Shown here in pieces: positions 41,599-55,584 of a DNA stretch of 64,000 nt (position 1 is its first letter; each line of letters opens with the position of its first letter). Position numbers and translations under genes: made by a program. The notes beneath the pieces were generated by a model that saw only the letters and a list, made by a program, of their open reading frames with translations, had not been told where the DNA came from and ran no database searches. The stretch comes from Eledone cirrhosa (taxonomy: Eukaryota), in NCBI GenBank assembly GCA_964016885.1, contig OZ024740.1, forward strand, positions 207,886,001-207,950,000. Direction: 5' to 3'.

Positions 41599-42349
41599 AA
41601 CTGTACGCACGCGGTAAATAGCGTTACACACGATGGAAGATATGTAAGAAAACGAAACAACGATTGTGTGACATTGATACACGTAAGATTCCGTGTAATG
41701 GCTAGTTACAGGCATTCGGCTAGAATATGTCAAGCGAGACTCATCAGAGGATGCGATAACAGACTATGAGAACTATCAATAAGTCCAATGTTGATGATAG
41801 CCCGAGGGAGTCTATAGATATAAAGATTTCCCATTACCCCAGTTTCAAAACAGTTTTCTGCTTCATTGAATGTCTGACAAATAAAAGCAATACACGCGAT
41901 TCTTTATACCAATTTTAATGTGACAATTGTCCTGTGTGAATAATGGATATATTTCTTCTTTCGGAGTATTTGTCTTGAATACATTAAACTTTGTTTGCAT
42001 ATATATATACATAATACAAAGATACATTCACACATACATATTACATAGATATATGTATTTATATATACATACATACATTCATACAAACATATATACACAT
42101 ACATACATACATACACACACACATATATACATACATACATACATACACACATACATACATACATACATACATACATACATACATACACACACACATACAT
42201 ACATACATACATACATACATACATACATACATACATACATACATACATACATACATACATACATACATACATAAGCATTCACATATACATAAATACACAT
42301 CACTTACATATATATACATATCTTTCTGTGTGTACATATACATACAGCA

Positions 42350-42380
<31 letters not shown>

Positions 42381-42496
42381 CTTATGTATATATATTCAAA
42401 TGAAGCAGACAATCCGGTAAATATATAGCTTTAGTCTGATTGTGATTCCAACCAATGATGACATATGGACTTTGGAAAATAATCCCCTGTACTTAC

Positions 42497-42520
42497 TGGA
42501 ATTGATACTATTGTTTAGTC
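42497..42520 (-). CDS. Candidate 24-nt micro-exon (GLNNSINS, phase 1-1)
   Basis: tattctttaag|GACTAAACAATAGTATCAATTCCA|gtaagt. Confidence 0.25.
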
Positions 42521-42633
42521 CTTAAAGAATATACACACACATTTATTCATACACTCATACATTCACACACACACATACACACGCACGCACACACGCACGC
42601 ACACACACACACGCACGCACACACACACACACA

Positions 42634-42707
<74 letters not shown>

Positions 42708-42794
42708 TATATGTGAACATATATGTACATATATATGTGGGTATATATATATATAAATCAGAATAGATTGCAGTAAAAACCTGTTAGACCATTA

Positions 42795-42828
<34 letters not shown>

Positions 42829-42846
42829 ATATATATATATATATAA

Positions 42847-42957
<111 letters not shown>

Positions 42958-44686
42958 TTATATATGAGTGTGCATATGTATGCATACATATATGTGTACG
43001 TCTTCATATGTGTGGATCCCCAAAGTTTGGTTCTGTGTGTAACAGACGACAAACAAACTCAGCTTAAATATCATTTCTCCACATCAACATTTCCAAGTTT
43101 CGATGTTTTATATGGGAATCTTCCATTCTTCTCTCTATCGTCACCTCTTTTCTCTATCACTTACATTTTTTTCTTAATATCCCCAACCTCCATCTTATTT
43201 TCACCCTACACACATTTCAGTATTTCTTTTCTATTTCTTATTTATCATAAACACAATCTTCTGATTTTTCTCTCAATTAAACCCTTTTTTATATGTCTGC
43301 CATATTTCTTTTCGAATTTATTTTGCAGAATTCTCTTTTTCTCTTCCCTCTCTCACCTCATTCTCTCATTATATATCATTCTTTATCTTTCTTTGTTTAG
43401 AATTCACTCTTTTACTCTTTTTCTTTGAATTCGTGTTTCCCTCTTTGCCTCTCCATGGTAGCAATCTCTCTAATTGACACCCTGTTATTCACCCCCTTTC
43501 TCAACCTCGCATGCCCTTATCTCTCCTACTTTGTCAAATCTATACATAACACGACATTCACTTTAACGTACACATATAACATAGATATAAAACATACCAA
43601 TAAAATACATTTTCTGCCTTCTTCCCTTTTTATTTCGAATTCTATTTCTCCTTTTTTACATCCTTCTTCCTTTATTCGGTTGGTTTTGTTTATGTTTTCT
43701 TCTGTCTATAAATCTCTCTCCTGCAGGAATCTTGATTCATGTCGACGCTAAAGCAATAGCTTATGAGAGAGAGGTCCCTACTACGGACCCCAACCAATTA
43801 GAAAAAAAGATAAATGTTGCTTTGATTTGACAAAAGTCAAATTTAAATTTAGATTTTCTAATCGTCGCCTTCCTTTTAACATATAAATGAAAAGAACTTT
43901 CCAAAAATAGCTTAGTACACCTGGAAATAAAAAGAAATTACTTTGGACGGACGAATATATTAAATGAAAAACTCTAGATACCATAAACTTGAAATTAAAG
44001 GACGCAACCTCTGTACAGCAGAGAAAAGGGAAATCCTACGAAACTTATGTTTAACCTCCAGACATTTAGAACAGCACACTTTACGCAACTCAGAAACACC
44101 ACCTCCTTCCCCCTAGATTCCGTATATGCACAGACATAGGAACTACTATACGTCCTATTGGTTAAGCGGTATTCTATCGATGTGGTTATCCACCGATTTC
44201 AATGTGTGGTGTAAATATGTAAATTACATCAGTCGATATGTATTACGTCTACACTAAATTCTACATAAAGAATAACATAGATTTCTCAGTTCCCTGTTTC
44301 CTTCCCATACACTCATTCGTATTCAGAGTTATAGACATAATATACATACGCTCCTAACTTCCCATATACAAACACAAGCATACACACGAATACATATATA
44401 CGCATAAAACCAGAGAAACAATTAGACATATCCACATACACAAAACAACCCACACCTACACAGACACACATTTACATACATACATATATGTATATATATT
44501 TGAAAAAAGGAAAAGAATGATTTCACTTGCATATATATATATATATATTTATTCAAATAACAGATTAAAGTTTAAGCAAAGAATCGCTGCTTTCACCCTA
44601 AACGGGATCTTCTGAAACTAACAAAGTCAATCTGTAAACGCAGAAGTGGATATTTCAAAAAACGTGGCGGTGTCTGTGTATCTTAC

Positions 44687-44719
44687 CAATGACGAATTGT
44701 TTATCTTGTGTATGTTGAT
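44687..44719 (-). CDS. Candidate 33-nt micro-exon (DQHTQDKQFVI in phase 1)
   Basis: attttgcttccag|ATCAACATACACAAGATAAACAATTCGTCATTG|gtaaga. Confidence 0.35.
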
Positions 44720-44984
44720 CTGGAAGCAAAATATTGATATTTGGCCTTGATCTGATATTAATGATATCATTTTACCAATATCTGGTGCCAGATCACTATG
44801 TCTATATATGTATCGATACAATACTATGTGCATATGGTATGTATGATTGTACGTACGTATGTGTATGTCTATGTATGTCTATGTAATCTATGTGTGTATG
44901 TATATGTATACCTGTTCATATGAATGTGTGCATGCAGTTACGCGTCTATATAATAGTATGTACGTATAGTATGTATGTATGTAT

Positions 44985-45660
44985 TATGGAGAGTTAGTTA
45001 AAGGAAAACGACCTCCACATAAACCAAAAAAAAGAGGTATAAGGATTCGTTGAACGCCTCCTTGAAGGACGCTAACAACTCTGCTGGTACATGGGTAAAC
45101 GTAGTTGATTTGCTGATCGTAATAAATGGAGAAAGACTGTATATGAGGGGAAAGTTGCTTTTGAAGCATCTCGAATCGCATACGAAAAAGTAAAAAGGGG
45201 ATGTCAGGAAAGGCATTGCTGTTACATTTCTAGAAACAAAGATTCTATGGCGCTGACATGCAGCGTCTCTGCAAGACTCTACCTCAAGAAAGCTGGACTC
45301 AAAAGTCATCTTCGCGGTCATAAAGTGAGACCAGTGGTTGAATACCAGGCTGCTGTCGGAAATATCACTCTGATATAAAACCTGCGACATCGTTTGCCTC
45401 CAATGATGTAGACCAGTTCTTCATATGGGGCAAATGCATTCGATGTTCAGAGAGTGGAATTGGCCCCGTGCAAAGCTTTTCCTAACTTAAAAAAGCTTCA
45501 AGCATAGGCACCGCATGATATGTGACATTGTTTTGCGATGCATGGTATAGCTGGTCGTATTCAAGTTCCTATTAGGACTAAAAGGATACGCCCATGATGC
45601 TCATACTTAAGTATCAAGCTATGCCAATACTTAAAATCGAATTGCAGCCATCATGTATGT
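44985..45660 (+). mobile_element. RTE (BovB-like) LINE 3' end with 3' UTR and (ATGT)n tail
   Basis: YGELVKGKRPPHKPKK.YKDSL...DRNKWRKTVYEG...AGLKSHLRGH, with frameshifts. Confidence 0.8.
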
Positions 45661-46639
45661 ATGTATGCATGTATGTATGTATGTATGTATGCATGTATGT
45701 ATATATATATATATTTATGTATGCATGTATGTATGTATATATTTATGTATGCACGTATCTATGTATATATGTATGCATTATCTTTGTATAGCGTCCATGT
45801 ATTTATATATTTATAGTGTGTACGCTCAGTAGGTGTATATACTATGTATATATGCTTTTATGTCTGTATTAAGATGTGTACACATACATTTATTTATGCG
45901 TGTACATGCATTTATTCATATGTGTACACATACATTTATTTATGTTTGTAGGTGCATTTATATATGTCCATGTATGTATTCAGATGTGTACACATACATT
46001 TATTTATGTCTGTACATGTCTGTGCATGTATGCATACGTGTACACCTACATTTATTTGTGTATGTATATGCATTTACATATGTCTGCGCATGTATATAAT
46101 TGCATGTATATAATTGCATGTATAGATCTGTATTCGCCCCAGTGACATATTGTATTTGCAAAGCGCGTGATACAGGGTCACTTTCTTTGCCTGAATATAT
46201 ATATTACTCAGGTATTTACCATTATAGCCGAGGGCACCAATAATTATATGTTCAAATGCAACTTATAACCGAGAAGGAGAATATTTCTGTTTCGAAGCTA
46301 TTATCTATCAATGTTCTTTTTCTTATAAATATTTATGCATAACAATGCGTATATTAGAAACATTAATGTAGCTTATAAAGCTGTGTTCTGAAAATTGAGA
46401 CAAACGTGAAAAAGTTCTGTTATCTCTTTGCAAATAGAGAAAAATTTAGTGATTGCCTTTACACATTTCATGGATAATTGGCCGTTCATCTGAAGACAAG
46501 CACGCTTATCATCTCGTCCAACACAATTTGTATAAGAAACTAACCAGAAATTAACTGAAATGACCAATCCAATTTGTACAATGTTCTTTTGTCGGTGACA
46601 TAATTTAAAAAAAAATGTTTATGCAGAAATATATATATA

Positions 46640-46778
46640 TATATATTATAGTTAGTCGAGTAAAAGCCCTTAGAGCCTGAACTGGAAAATGTTGCCAGCG
46701 GAATCTACAAAGAATCAAACTTGGTATCTCCCAGATACTGCTGGCTAGGTGCTCTAACCATTGAGCTAGGGGTCCCTG
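46640..46778 (-). mobile_element. tRNA-derived short element
   Basis: Minus strand GGGACCCCTAGCTCAATGGTTAGAGCACC A-box head with a decayed B-box. Confidence 0.5.
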
Positions 46779-47148
46779 ACAATATATTACCATCTAAATT
46801 AAGGAGCTGAATCGATTATAAATTCATTTCCTCAGCGTTTAGTAAGTTCGAAAATTCGAGCTTCACACAGGACGTTTGGTTATATTTCAAAAGCTATTTG
46901 ATTCAGCTCCTTAATTATAAAAAGATATCTCTAAAGACCATTAGCAACATAAAGGAAGTGAAATAGCCCCAGCACCGCTACGCCCTAGGCCCAGAGCCCA
47001 TGACTCCCTCCTCTTCCCCCTCCTTTTCTTTGGTGGCCCAGAGTCTTTCCTTCCCCCTCCTTTTACCCTCATTTATGATTTTTATAGTCCTTTCCTTTAA
47101 TTTACCCACACAGCCAGATCTACCCTTCTTTACCCCTTCACCATTTTT

Positions 47149-47359
47149 AATGTTACTTATATAATTGTTTCTACTTTTGGCACACGGCCAACAATTACCC
47201 CAGTGAATTACCTATTTTATCGACCCCATAAGGATGAAATGCAAAGTTAACCTCGGCGGGATTTGAACCGTAAAGGGACGTAACTCTATGATGGAAAGCA
47301 TGGTGCCTGACACCGTACCGATACTGCCAATCCACTGCCAATGTTACTTATATAATTGT
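47149..47359 (-). mobile_element. Full SINE copy with 20-bp target-site duplication
   Basis: AATGTTACTTATATAATTGT at 47149-47168 and 47340-47359. Confidence 0.9.
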
Positions 47360-48236
47360 AAATAAAATCGCAGTTTTAATCCCATAGAAAATTGAACCCG
47401 AATCGAAATCTTTGATAGCCTTTCTCTGGAAAGGAAATTCATTATATAAATACATAACAGGGAAGATATTAAAATAGAAAGACATTTTCTTTCCAGTGAC
47501 ATAGTTGTTAAGTCACATGACTTGTGTTAGAAGGAAAACGAAGGATTTTTTTCTTTCTTTTTCTCTTTGTCATTCTTCTTTTATTTATTTATTTATTTAT
47601 TTTTATTCAAAATTCGAAAACTGAATCTAAAAAGGCAGCAGGCCGCAAATAAAGATAATGAATGGAAATTTCTATCGATTTCACCCGAAACTAACAAGTC
47701 GAAAGGTATTTTTTACGAACAATTTGTCATAAGCAATTAATAGAGAAAATAAATGGAGATAAAACAAAATCAAGAATTAAATAAAATTAAACAAAGAAAA
47801 ATTGACTTTTGTTTTACGCCAAATGAATTCATTACGATTTACAAATTTACAATAAAAATGACAATTTTATCTGTCTGTCTGTTTGTCTGTTTGTTTGTCT
47901 GTCATTGATTCAAATTGTTTGATTTGAAATCAATATTATTTTACGATGTATTTTATATAATTGTTCTTTTTTATGCGTTTTGTTTTTTGTATTTTTCTTC
48001 GGGAAAACTATTTACAAAATCACCGCAAAGTCGGAATATTATCCTTAAAGAGAGAAAATTATCGGAAAAATTCACCAAATATAGTAGGAAAAGTCATAAA
48101 ATTAGTTATATAATATATATACGTATGTATGTATCTGAGTGTATATACACACACATATGTATATACACACACATACATGTATATACATACACATAGATGT
48201 ATATATACACACACACACACACCTATATATATATAT

Positions 48237-48267
<31 letters not shown>

Positions 48268-48512
48268 AAGACACTAAATGATCGATAATGTTACAATAAT
48301 AACCTATAAGTAATAAATTTACCGAAAATGCAACAAAATTATCTAAAGAGTCAAAATGTTTTCGAAAAGTGATGAAATTATGAAACGATCGAAATATTGT
48401 GTACATCAAATATAAAACATACAGACAATTATTTATTGATACAGAGCCACCATAACAAAATATATTTATAAAGAGAAAATATTGAAGCCTTAATCGAGCT
48501 CAGAAATATTAC

Positions 48513-48534
48513 CTGAGGAGGATTGGAGAATATA
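48513..48534 (-). CDS. Candidate 22-nt micro-exon (YILQSSS, phase 0-1)
   Basis: ggttttgtttag|TATATTCTCCAATCCTCCTCAG|gtaata. Confidence 0.25.
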
Positions 48535-49439
48535 CTAAACAAAACCTTATGTCCACAAAACATTCAAGGTAAAAATAATGAGAAACATTGTGTCCACAGC
48601 ACATACAAGATCATTGTTTCTACTTTTGGCACACGGCCAGCAATTATCTCAGTGTGGAACCGTCCTTGACACCTTTCCACATGTCTATAATCCCGCTTCC
48701 CGTAAGAAAGCACAAAGAGACCGAAGAGATAATATTTTCGAAAAAAAACTCAGAAAACTGTCGAACAGCTACCAGAATTAACGAGAAAGTCCAACATTTG
48801 AAGAAAAGGTGAAGAAATGAAAGAATAAGTGACATTCTTCTAGAGAAGGAGAGAGAGAGAGAGGAAGTGAGAAATACATACAGAGGAAGTATCGACCCCA
48901 ATAGTAAATTGGGACTTTTTTATCGACATCGAAAGGATGAAAGGCATAGTTGACCTGACCACATTGGAATTTGAACCTCAGATAGCGGAGAGCCAAAATG
49001 AATGCCATAAATCATTCTATCCGACGTTCTAACTATTCTATTAATTCGTCGTCTACAACAAACACATAATCAGAGGTAAAATAATGGTTTACTAGTGGTG
49101 CTGGATGAATACAAAAGATGTAGTGAGTGTAAGTAACAGGGATGGGTAGGTAAATGAAGGTGGTGAGTTTGGATCAAGGCTAATGCACCCTCATAAGAAG
49201 AAGTGGCAAAGGAAATAAAAGAAAGTGATATAGGAAAAAAGGAGAAAGAAATATAGAGGAAAAGTCGACACAGTACTGGACTGGTAGTTTTTTAATGACT
49301 GCGGAAAGGTTAAAAGCAAAGTTGACGTCTGTAGTATTTGAAGTCAAAACATAGAGAGCTGGAATGAATACCTCAAAGCATTCTATTGTTATTACTCTGG
49401 ATAGTCTCAATAGACTAATCTACAAGTTCAGATTGGCAA

Positions 49440-49720
49440 CCACAGAAAATTTCCAAAAATCCTTGGCCTGGCAGTGCTACATGAGAACATCACCTGTTCG
49501 AGAAAAGCTCTATAGGTACTGACGTGTCAACAGATAAACTTGTCCAAGATGCACACAGAGCAAAGAAACAGTCATGCACGGTATCATTCAGTGTCCGTGC
49601 ATTACAGGGATGTCTGCATGTCCTGGACAGCTGATACATTTGGATGTCACCCTAATCTATAGTTAAAATCAAACCACCACCTTCTCTTTGCTAAGTAAAA
49701 AGGGGTTTTGTTGACTCCGT
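49440..49720 (+). mobile_element. L1/Tx1-clade LINE C-terminal zinc-knuckle remnant
   Basis: LAWQCY..SPVREKLYRY*...TCPRCTQSKETVMHGIIQCP (CCHC motif). Confidence 0.7.
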
Positions 49721-50268
49721 CCCTTTTTACTTGATGTAGACGCCATATTGTGTTGTGTTGTAATTCGTCCTTGTATTGGCTTCAACGTCTTCAGCTCTTA
49801 CACCCAATGAAAGAAATCATTATCTTTTTAATGGAATTTAAGGGAAGAAGTAGCTGGGCTATATCTCATGTAACCACTGAGGCTCTGTCGTGCCTGTAGT
49901 AGAACTTGACATCCCATTCTCGTTATATCTTAACCGCAGTCCAGCATGTAAGTACGACTCCTACTTAATTTCCAAATCCGGAGAAATACCGTCCAAATAA
50001 TTTATCCCACATTGTGAAGTATTTGAAGATACTATATTAGATCTTCCATCTTAAATAGAACTTACAGTAAGTCAATATATTTTCTAAATTAGTATTTTAA
50101 TTATGATTTAGAGCAATTACTTGGAAAAGATTAGTTTCAGAATATGAAAATCTTGGTACAACTCACGTTCTTTATCTTTCCTCATTCGTTCCAATTTTTT
50201 TCGCTCACTCTCATTGTTTCTATGTCTATCTTTCATACTCTCTCTTTCTTTCTCGCTTTCTTTTTCTC

Positions 50269-50379
<111 letters not shown>

Positions 50380-51112
50380 CATACATATACATAAACATTT
50401 AGACATATTTATATATAGACACACAACTAAATGCAACCATACGCATACACCCATACACACGTGTATATACATACATGTGCACACGTGCATACATATCATA
50501 TATATACATGAACAAACATATAAATATATACATATATATCATATATACATACACATATACATATATACATACGCATACATATATACATATATACATATAT
50601 ACATATATACATACACATACACATACATATCAAATATACATATCATATATACATGCACATATATACATATATATACATATCTTATATACACATACATATA
50701 CATAGAGTTGTTTTTTGTATTTATTGTAAATCAATTTTTAGGAAAGGTTTTCTTTATTCTTTATTTCAATATTATGATTCGAGGTACATTGATTGATACA
50801 TAATTATCCTTTGGTGAACACATGCACACACATACGCACAATGACACACACACTTACATACACTCACCTAGACACACTTACACACTCACTACACCCATCC
50901 ACCCCGATATATATATATATATATATATATAAACGGAAAAAATGAAACGAAATTTCATTTCCCACTCTTAGTACGGCTGTTGCTTAAATATAAGTATGTA
51001 CACGTACATACATATATGTATACAGACGTACAGTAGTATGTATATATATATATACATACATGCACACATATATATATATATAATATATATATATATTATA
51101 TATATATATAAG

Positions 51113-51302
51113 GGCGGTGGATTGGCAGTATCGGTAGAGGGTCGGGCGCCATGCTTTGCAGCAAAGAGTTACGGCCCCTTATGGTCTGAGTTCAAATCCC
51201 GCCGAGGTTAACTTTGCCTTTCATCCTTACGGGGTCGATAAAATAAAGTACCATTAATGCACTTGGATAATTGTCGGCCTTATGTCAAAAGTAGAAATAA
51301 TT
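51113..51302 (+). mobile_element. Well-preserved SINE copy
   Basis: Complete head, core and tail. Confidence 0.9.
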
Positions 51303-51316
51303 ATATATATATATAT

Positions 51317-51404
51317 ATACAACATGTTGAAAAGGTAACACACCAGAGAGAGATATATAGTGCGTTATCTCTCTCTGGTGTGTTACCTTTTCAACATATT
51401 GTAT
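51317..51404. repeat. Near-perfect palindrome with 39-bp arms, beside (TA)n
   Basis: ATACAACATGTTGAAAAGGTAACACACCAGAGAGAGATA pairs with TATCTCTCTCTGGTGTGTTACCTTTTCAACATATTGTAT. Confidence 0.9.
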
Positions 51405-51519
51405 TTTAAAGAGCTCAGGATCTCTTCTCCTTTGAGCACATTATTTATACGGAATAGCGAAGGCCTATGCCTCCGTTAATTTATCGTGATATATATATAT
51501 ATATATATAGTATAGTATA

Positions 51520-51812
51520 AAGACCACCTTTTTATCACGAATGATATCCGAGGCACAATTCAACGCAAGGTTGTTTGTGGAAGACCAGCAGTCACCCATG
51601 CATACCGGCCTCCTCTCTCCACGCCACCGATGTTGTCCAAGCGAAAGGCAATGGCTGATACAGCCTGGCACCAGCGATGTCGCAACTCATTTCTACAACT
51701 GAATAAACTGGAGCAAGGTGAAATAAAGTGTCTTGCTCAAGGACCAAACGCATCACCCGGTCCGAGAATCCCACTCATATTCTCCCGATTACAAGCCCGA
51801 TACTCTAACCGA
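51520..51812 (-). mobile_element. CORE-type SINE
   Basis: Minus strand GGTCCTTGAGCAAGACACTTTATTTCACCTTGCTCCAG. Confidence 0.8.
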
Positions 51813-51899
51813 TAGATAGATAAAAAGACAGACAAATACAGAGATAGGTAGATAGATGGATAGATATATAGATAGATAGAAAGATAGATAGATAGATAA

Positions 51900-51934
<35 letters not shown>

Positions 51935-52070
51935 TATAGATAGATAGATAGATAGATAGACAAGTCGTTTCATTATTGAAATCACTTCGATACAGGAATA
52001 AAATGATTATGATTATAAAAAGCGGCAAATTAATACTGCATGTGTAACTCCAGCTCTACTACGACCTTAC

Positions 52071-52133
52071 TCCTGTACATGGTGGAAACAGTGGGAACAG
52101 TGAGAGTAAGAGGGGAAGTAGGAGTATTATTGG
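52071..52133 (-). CDS. Candidate 63-nt exon (PIILLLPLLLSLFPLFPPCTG in phase 0; signal-peptide-like)
   Basis: ctacttcccttacag|CCAATAATAC...TGTACAGGA|gtaagg. Confidence 0.3.
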
Positions 52134-52319
52134 CTGTAAGGGAAGTAGTGGGAGGCATGGTTGGAGAAGAGAAGCAGCAGCAAGTAATTCTGCTTAGATT
52201 TTGCTTAATGACCGGAAATTTGGTAAAATGAAAAAAGAGAAATTGTGATTCCATTGAGGAGCGCAATCTGATTTAATTCTGTTTCTTTTTGAATTGGTGA
52301 TTGGAAATATTGTGGCAGC

Positions 52320-53130
52320 AGATGTAGTGGGGTGGGGGTAGAAGAAGAGAGGGGTGGGGGTAGGGAGATGAGTGGGTGGGAGGGGGTAGAAAGGGGGGAA
52401 TGGTGGGAGGTGGGGAGAGAGATGGGGAAATTGTAGGGTGGGAGACAGGGGGTGGGGGGGGATATAGAGAGGGAATTGTGGGAGGTGGAGAGAGAGGGGG
52501 AATGGTGGGAGGTGGGGTGGGGGAATGGGGGAATGGGGGAATAGCGGGTGGAGAGAAAGTGTGTGGGGGGGGGAGGTGATAGAGCGAATGGTGGGAGCTG
52601 GGGAGAGAGAGGGAATGGTGGGAGGTGGTGGAGAGAAGGGGGAATGGTGGGAGGTGGGGAGAGAGAGAGAGAGGGAATGGTGGAAGGTGGAGAGAGAGAG
52701 AGGAAATGGTTGGAGTGGGAAGAGAGAGAGAAAGAGAAGACTGAGGGAGGAGAAGAGAGGGAGTAAAAGACGGTAGGGTGAGGGAGAAGGGGAGAGAGAA
52801 AACGAGAGAGGAAAAATGGTGTGAAGTGGGGGGGAGAAGATTTTGGGAGGGAGAGAGAGAAAGAGAGGAAAAAACGGTGGCAAAGTGAGAAAGAGCAAAA
52901 TACAGTAGGGGGAAGGTGGGGTGAGAGGGGAGCGAGAGAGAGAGGAAAAGACGGTGGGGGAGGGGGGAGAGGAGGGAGAGAGATAGAAAGAGACGGTGGG
53001 GGGGGGGAGACGGTGTGGGAGGAGGCGAGAAACTGAGAAACAATAAATGAAAGAAAGGTAGGAGGTATAAGAGTAATGAAAATGTAGACAAATATATATA
53101 TAGAGAGAGAGGGGGAGGGAGAGATAGGAT
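52320..53130 (+). repeat. Polypurine G-rich low-complexity tract with GGAATGGTGGGAGGTGG repeats
   Basis: Direct inspection. Many runs of three or more G. Confidence 0.9.
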
Positions 53131-53464
53131 AAGGGCTAGAATGTCTTAGAAAAAGAGTCGCCTTGGTGAAGATAATGGCGTGAAACACGATTTAATTTAC
53201 TGCACACCATGTATTGAGTACTCCCGATTCTTTTCACTGAGGATAACTAAGGAAACAGCAGTGGGTGAAAGGAAGGGTGTGATAAGCTGTGTGACTGGAA
53301 TGATTAAAATAATCTAAATATGAGTGTTAGATAGTGTAGAACCTGGTAGAACCCGAGCAAGATAGTTGGATAACATCCATCGGTTTGATCCTTACGGGGT
53401 CGATAAAATGAAGTACCAGTAATGCACTGGGATATTTGCTGGCCTTGTGCCAAAAGTAGAAACA

Positions 53465-53516
<52 letters not shown>

Positions 53517-53541
53517 TTATATATATATATATATGTATGTT

Positions 53542-53572
<31 letters not shown>

Positions 53573-53905
53573 ATATATATCCAATTGTAGGCACACGGTA
53601 AACAACGGAGGCCACGTGTTGTCCTCCGAAAACCCCCAGTTGATGGATGCGATATCCGAAATATAGTGACTATTAAATCACTTCCAAGGTAACTCTATCT
53701 CGTGTTATTATTTTTTACACTTTTCCTATGTTCCTTTACGCTCTCTACGTCTCTTTCTACGCTCCCTCTTACATCTCTCTCTCATTACCACCTGATTCTC
53801 TTACCCGGAGATTTACGCATCTGCATTGTTGAGACTTCCAAAACGGCCATTTTTATCATTCCACAATGCTTCAAGCAAACCTCAACTTCAACACTCCTCT
53901 CTCTC

Positions 53906-53948
<43 letters not shown>

Positions 53949-54084
53949 TCAAAATAAAGAAGTTGTTTTGGTAAAAAAACAGGAGTAAGTTCTCTACACT
54001 CGTAGTGCGTAGTTATGATGGAGATTCAAATCGAATCTGAAGTAATGGCTACCATACCAGCAAAAAATGTAAATACTACATTTT

Positions 54085-55420
54085 GGATTGCATAAAGGTA
54101 GATTTAATACCCACAAACATAGTTTTAAAAATGCCGCATTAGCTAATACAACATCCTTGGCTGAAACAATTAATAATTATAGAAAGAAGAATATCGATAA
54201 CAACCTGACCTGGAGTGTGTTCAAAAGGGCCACTCCTTATCAATATAACAGATACGAGTGTAGATTATGCTCCCAGGAACTTTTTGAAATCATGAAATCT
54301 AAGGATGTCCTATTAAATAAGCGACAGGAATTAATTATATCTTGCAATCATAGAATTAGAAGAACCTTCAAATATTATAAACCTAATTAATATACACCTT
54401 TCACTTATATTTTACACATTATTATAATTGTTTTTTTTTTTATTTAGTTAACCTATAATTAGTACTTTACTACAGAAAACTTCCTAATTGTATTTCCCTC
54501 TTACAGCTCTCTTTTCCTAAAATTAATACCTAAAAGTATAGCTATAAATTAATTTAATTTCCTGTTATGAATCTAGATTCCTTGTAGTTTATATAAGATT
54601 TGTATTTCTCACTACTACCCTTATCCCAAAATTTTACTTTCCTTCGTTGTTAACAACACTCTTTAATAACATCTAATTCTTATTTATCACATTCATATGA
54701 ATTAATATAAATTTATCCCTATAAGTATACCTATCAATTAATTTTTTTTTTTGTTATAGATCTAAATTCCTTGTGGTTTAAATAATATTGGTATTTCTCA
54801 CTAATACTCTTACCCTAAAATTTTGTTTTCCTTCGTTTTTAACATTATTATTTAATAACATCAAATTTTCGTGTACCTTTCACTGGCTTGACCTCTTTTC
54901 ATCCCCAAAGTATTCTTTTCATTCAAAGTATTCTTTTCATTCAAAACATAAGTCTGCACTCCTCTACCCCTAAATTAAATTTCTACTACTACTATTCTAT
55001 CAATTTGACCTCTAACTACTTTTCTATTGGTCAATTCAAAACCTGTTCCCAAACAGATCTTTTATATTAAATCTTTGTTGTTTTTTTTTCAATAAACAAA
55101 TCTCATCATTTCTGAAGACAGCATGTATATGTGAAGGTATGTATATTTCCTCTGATAGTTTGTAATATTTTTACATAGATCTATATGATATACATACCAA
55201 CACACATATACATCCTAGAAACGATCGTAAAATGATGATTTTTTTAAATATAAGGAACTTGTTCTTTGTTTTTATTTCATTGTTTTTATTAATTTATCTT
55301 GACTCTGTTTTCCTATGATTTTCATCAAAACTTTTTGAATGCATCTTCTCTTTTCATGATATTTGGATTACATTGAGTTCTTCATACGGATTGGACACTA
55401 CTGTATATTTTGGTAGATTT
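54085..55420 (+). mobile_element. Penelope-like element 3' end (GIY-YIG, long 3' UTR, pLTR)
   Basis: ORF 54088-54390: KGRFNTHKHSF...CRLCSQELFEI...LLNKRQELIISCNH. The pLTR is homologous to 9340-9668. Confidence 0.88.
55103..55238 (+). ncRNA. Type-I hammerhead ribozyme with ~100-nt stem II
   Basis: Stem I TCATCATTT/AAATGATGA (9 bp). Core CTGAAGA. Stem II ATGTATATGTG...CACATATACAT. GAAAC-GATC-GTA gives palindromic ACGATCGT. Confidence 0.8.
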
Positions 55421-55424
55421 ATCT

Positions 55425-55482
<58 letters not shown>

Positions 55483-55584
55483 AACAGGAAAGACGGTCTC
55501 ATTTGTACATACAAATAGGGATGATTTATATATAAGAATAAATTTAAGAAAATTGCTGTGATTACATATCCAATAGAAATTGAT

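Noticed and set aside
41640-41755. Minus-strand CTGATGAG followed by nested hairpins
   Set aside because: No correctly placed GAAA or stem III, so it cannot be called.
52194-53188. Three overlapping Pro/Ser/Leu-rich ORFs
   Set aside because: A polypyrimidine strand has no stop codons by composition.
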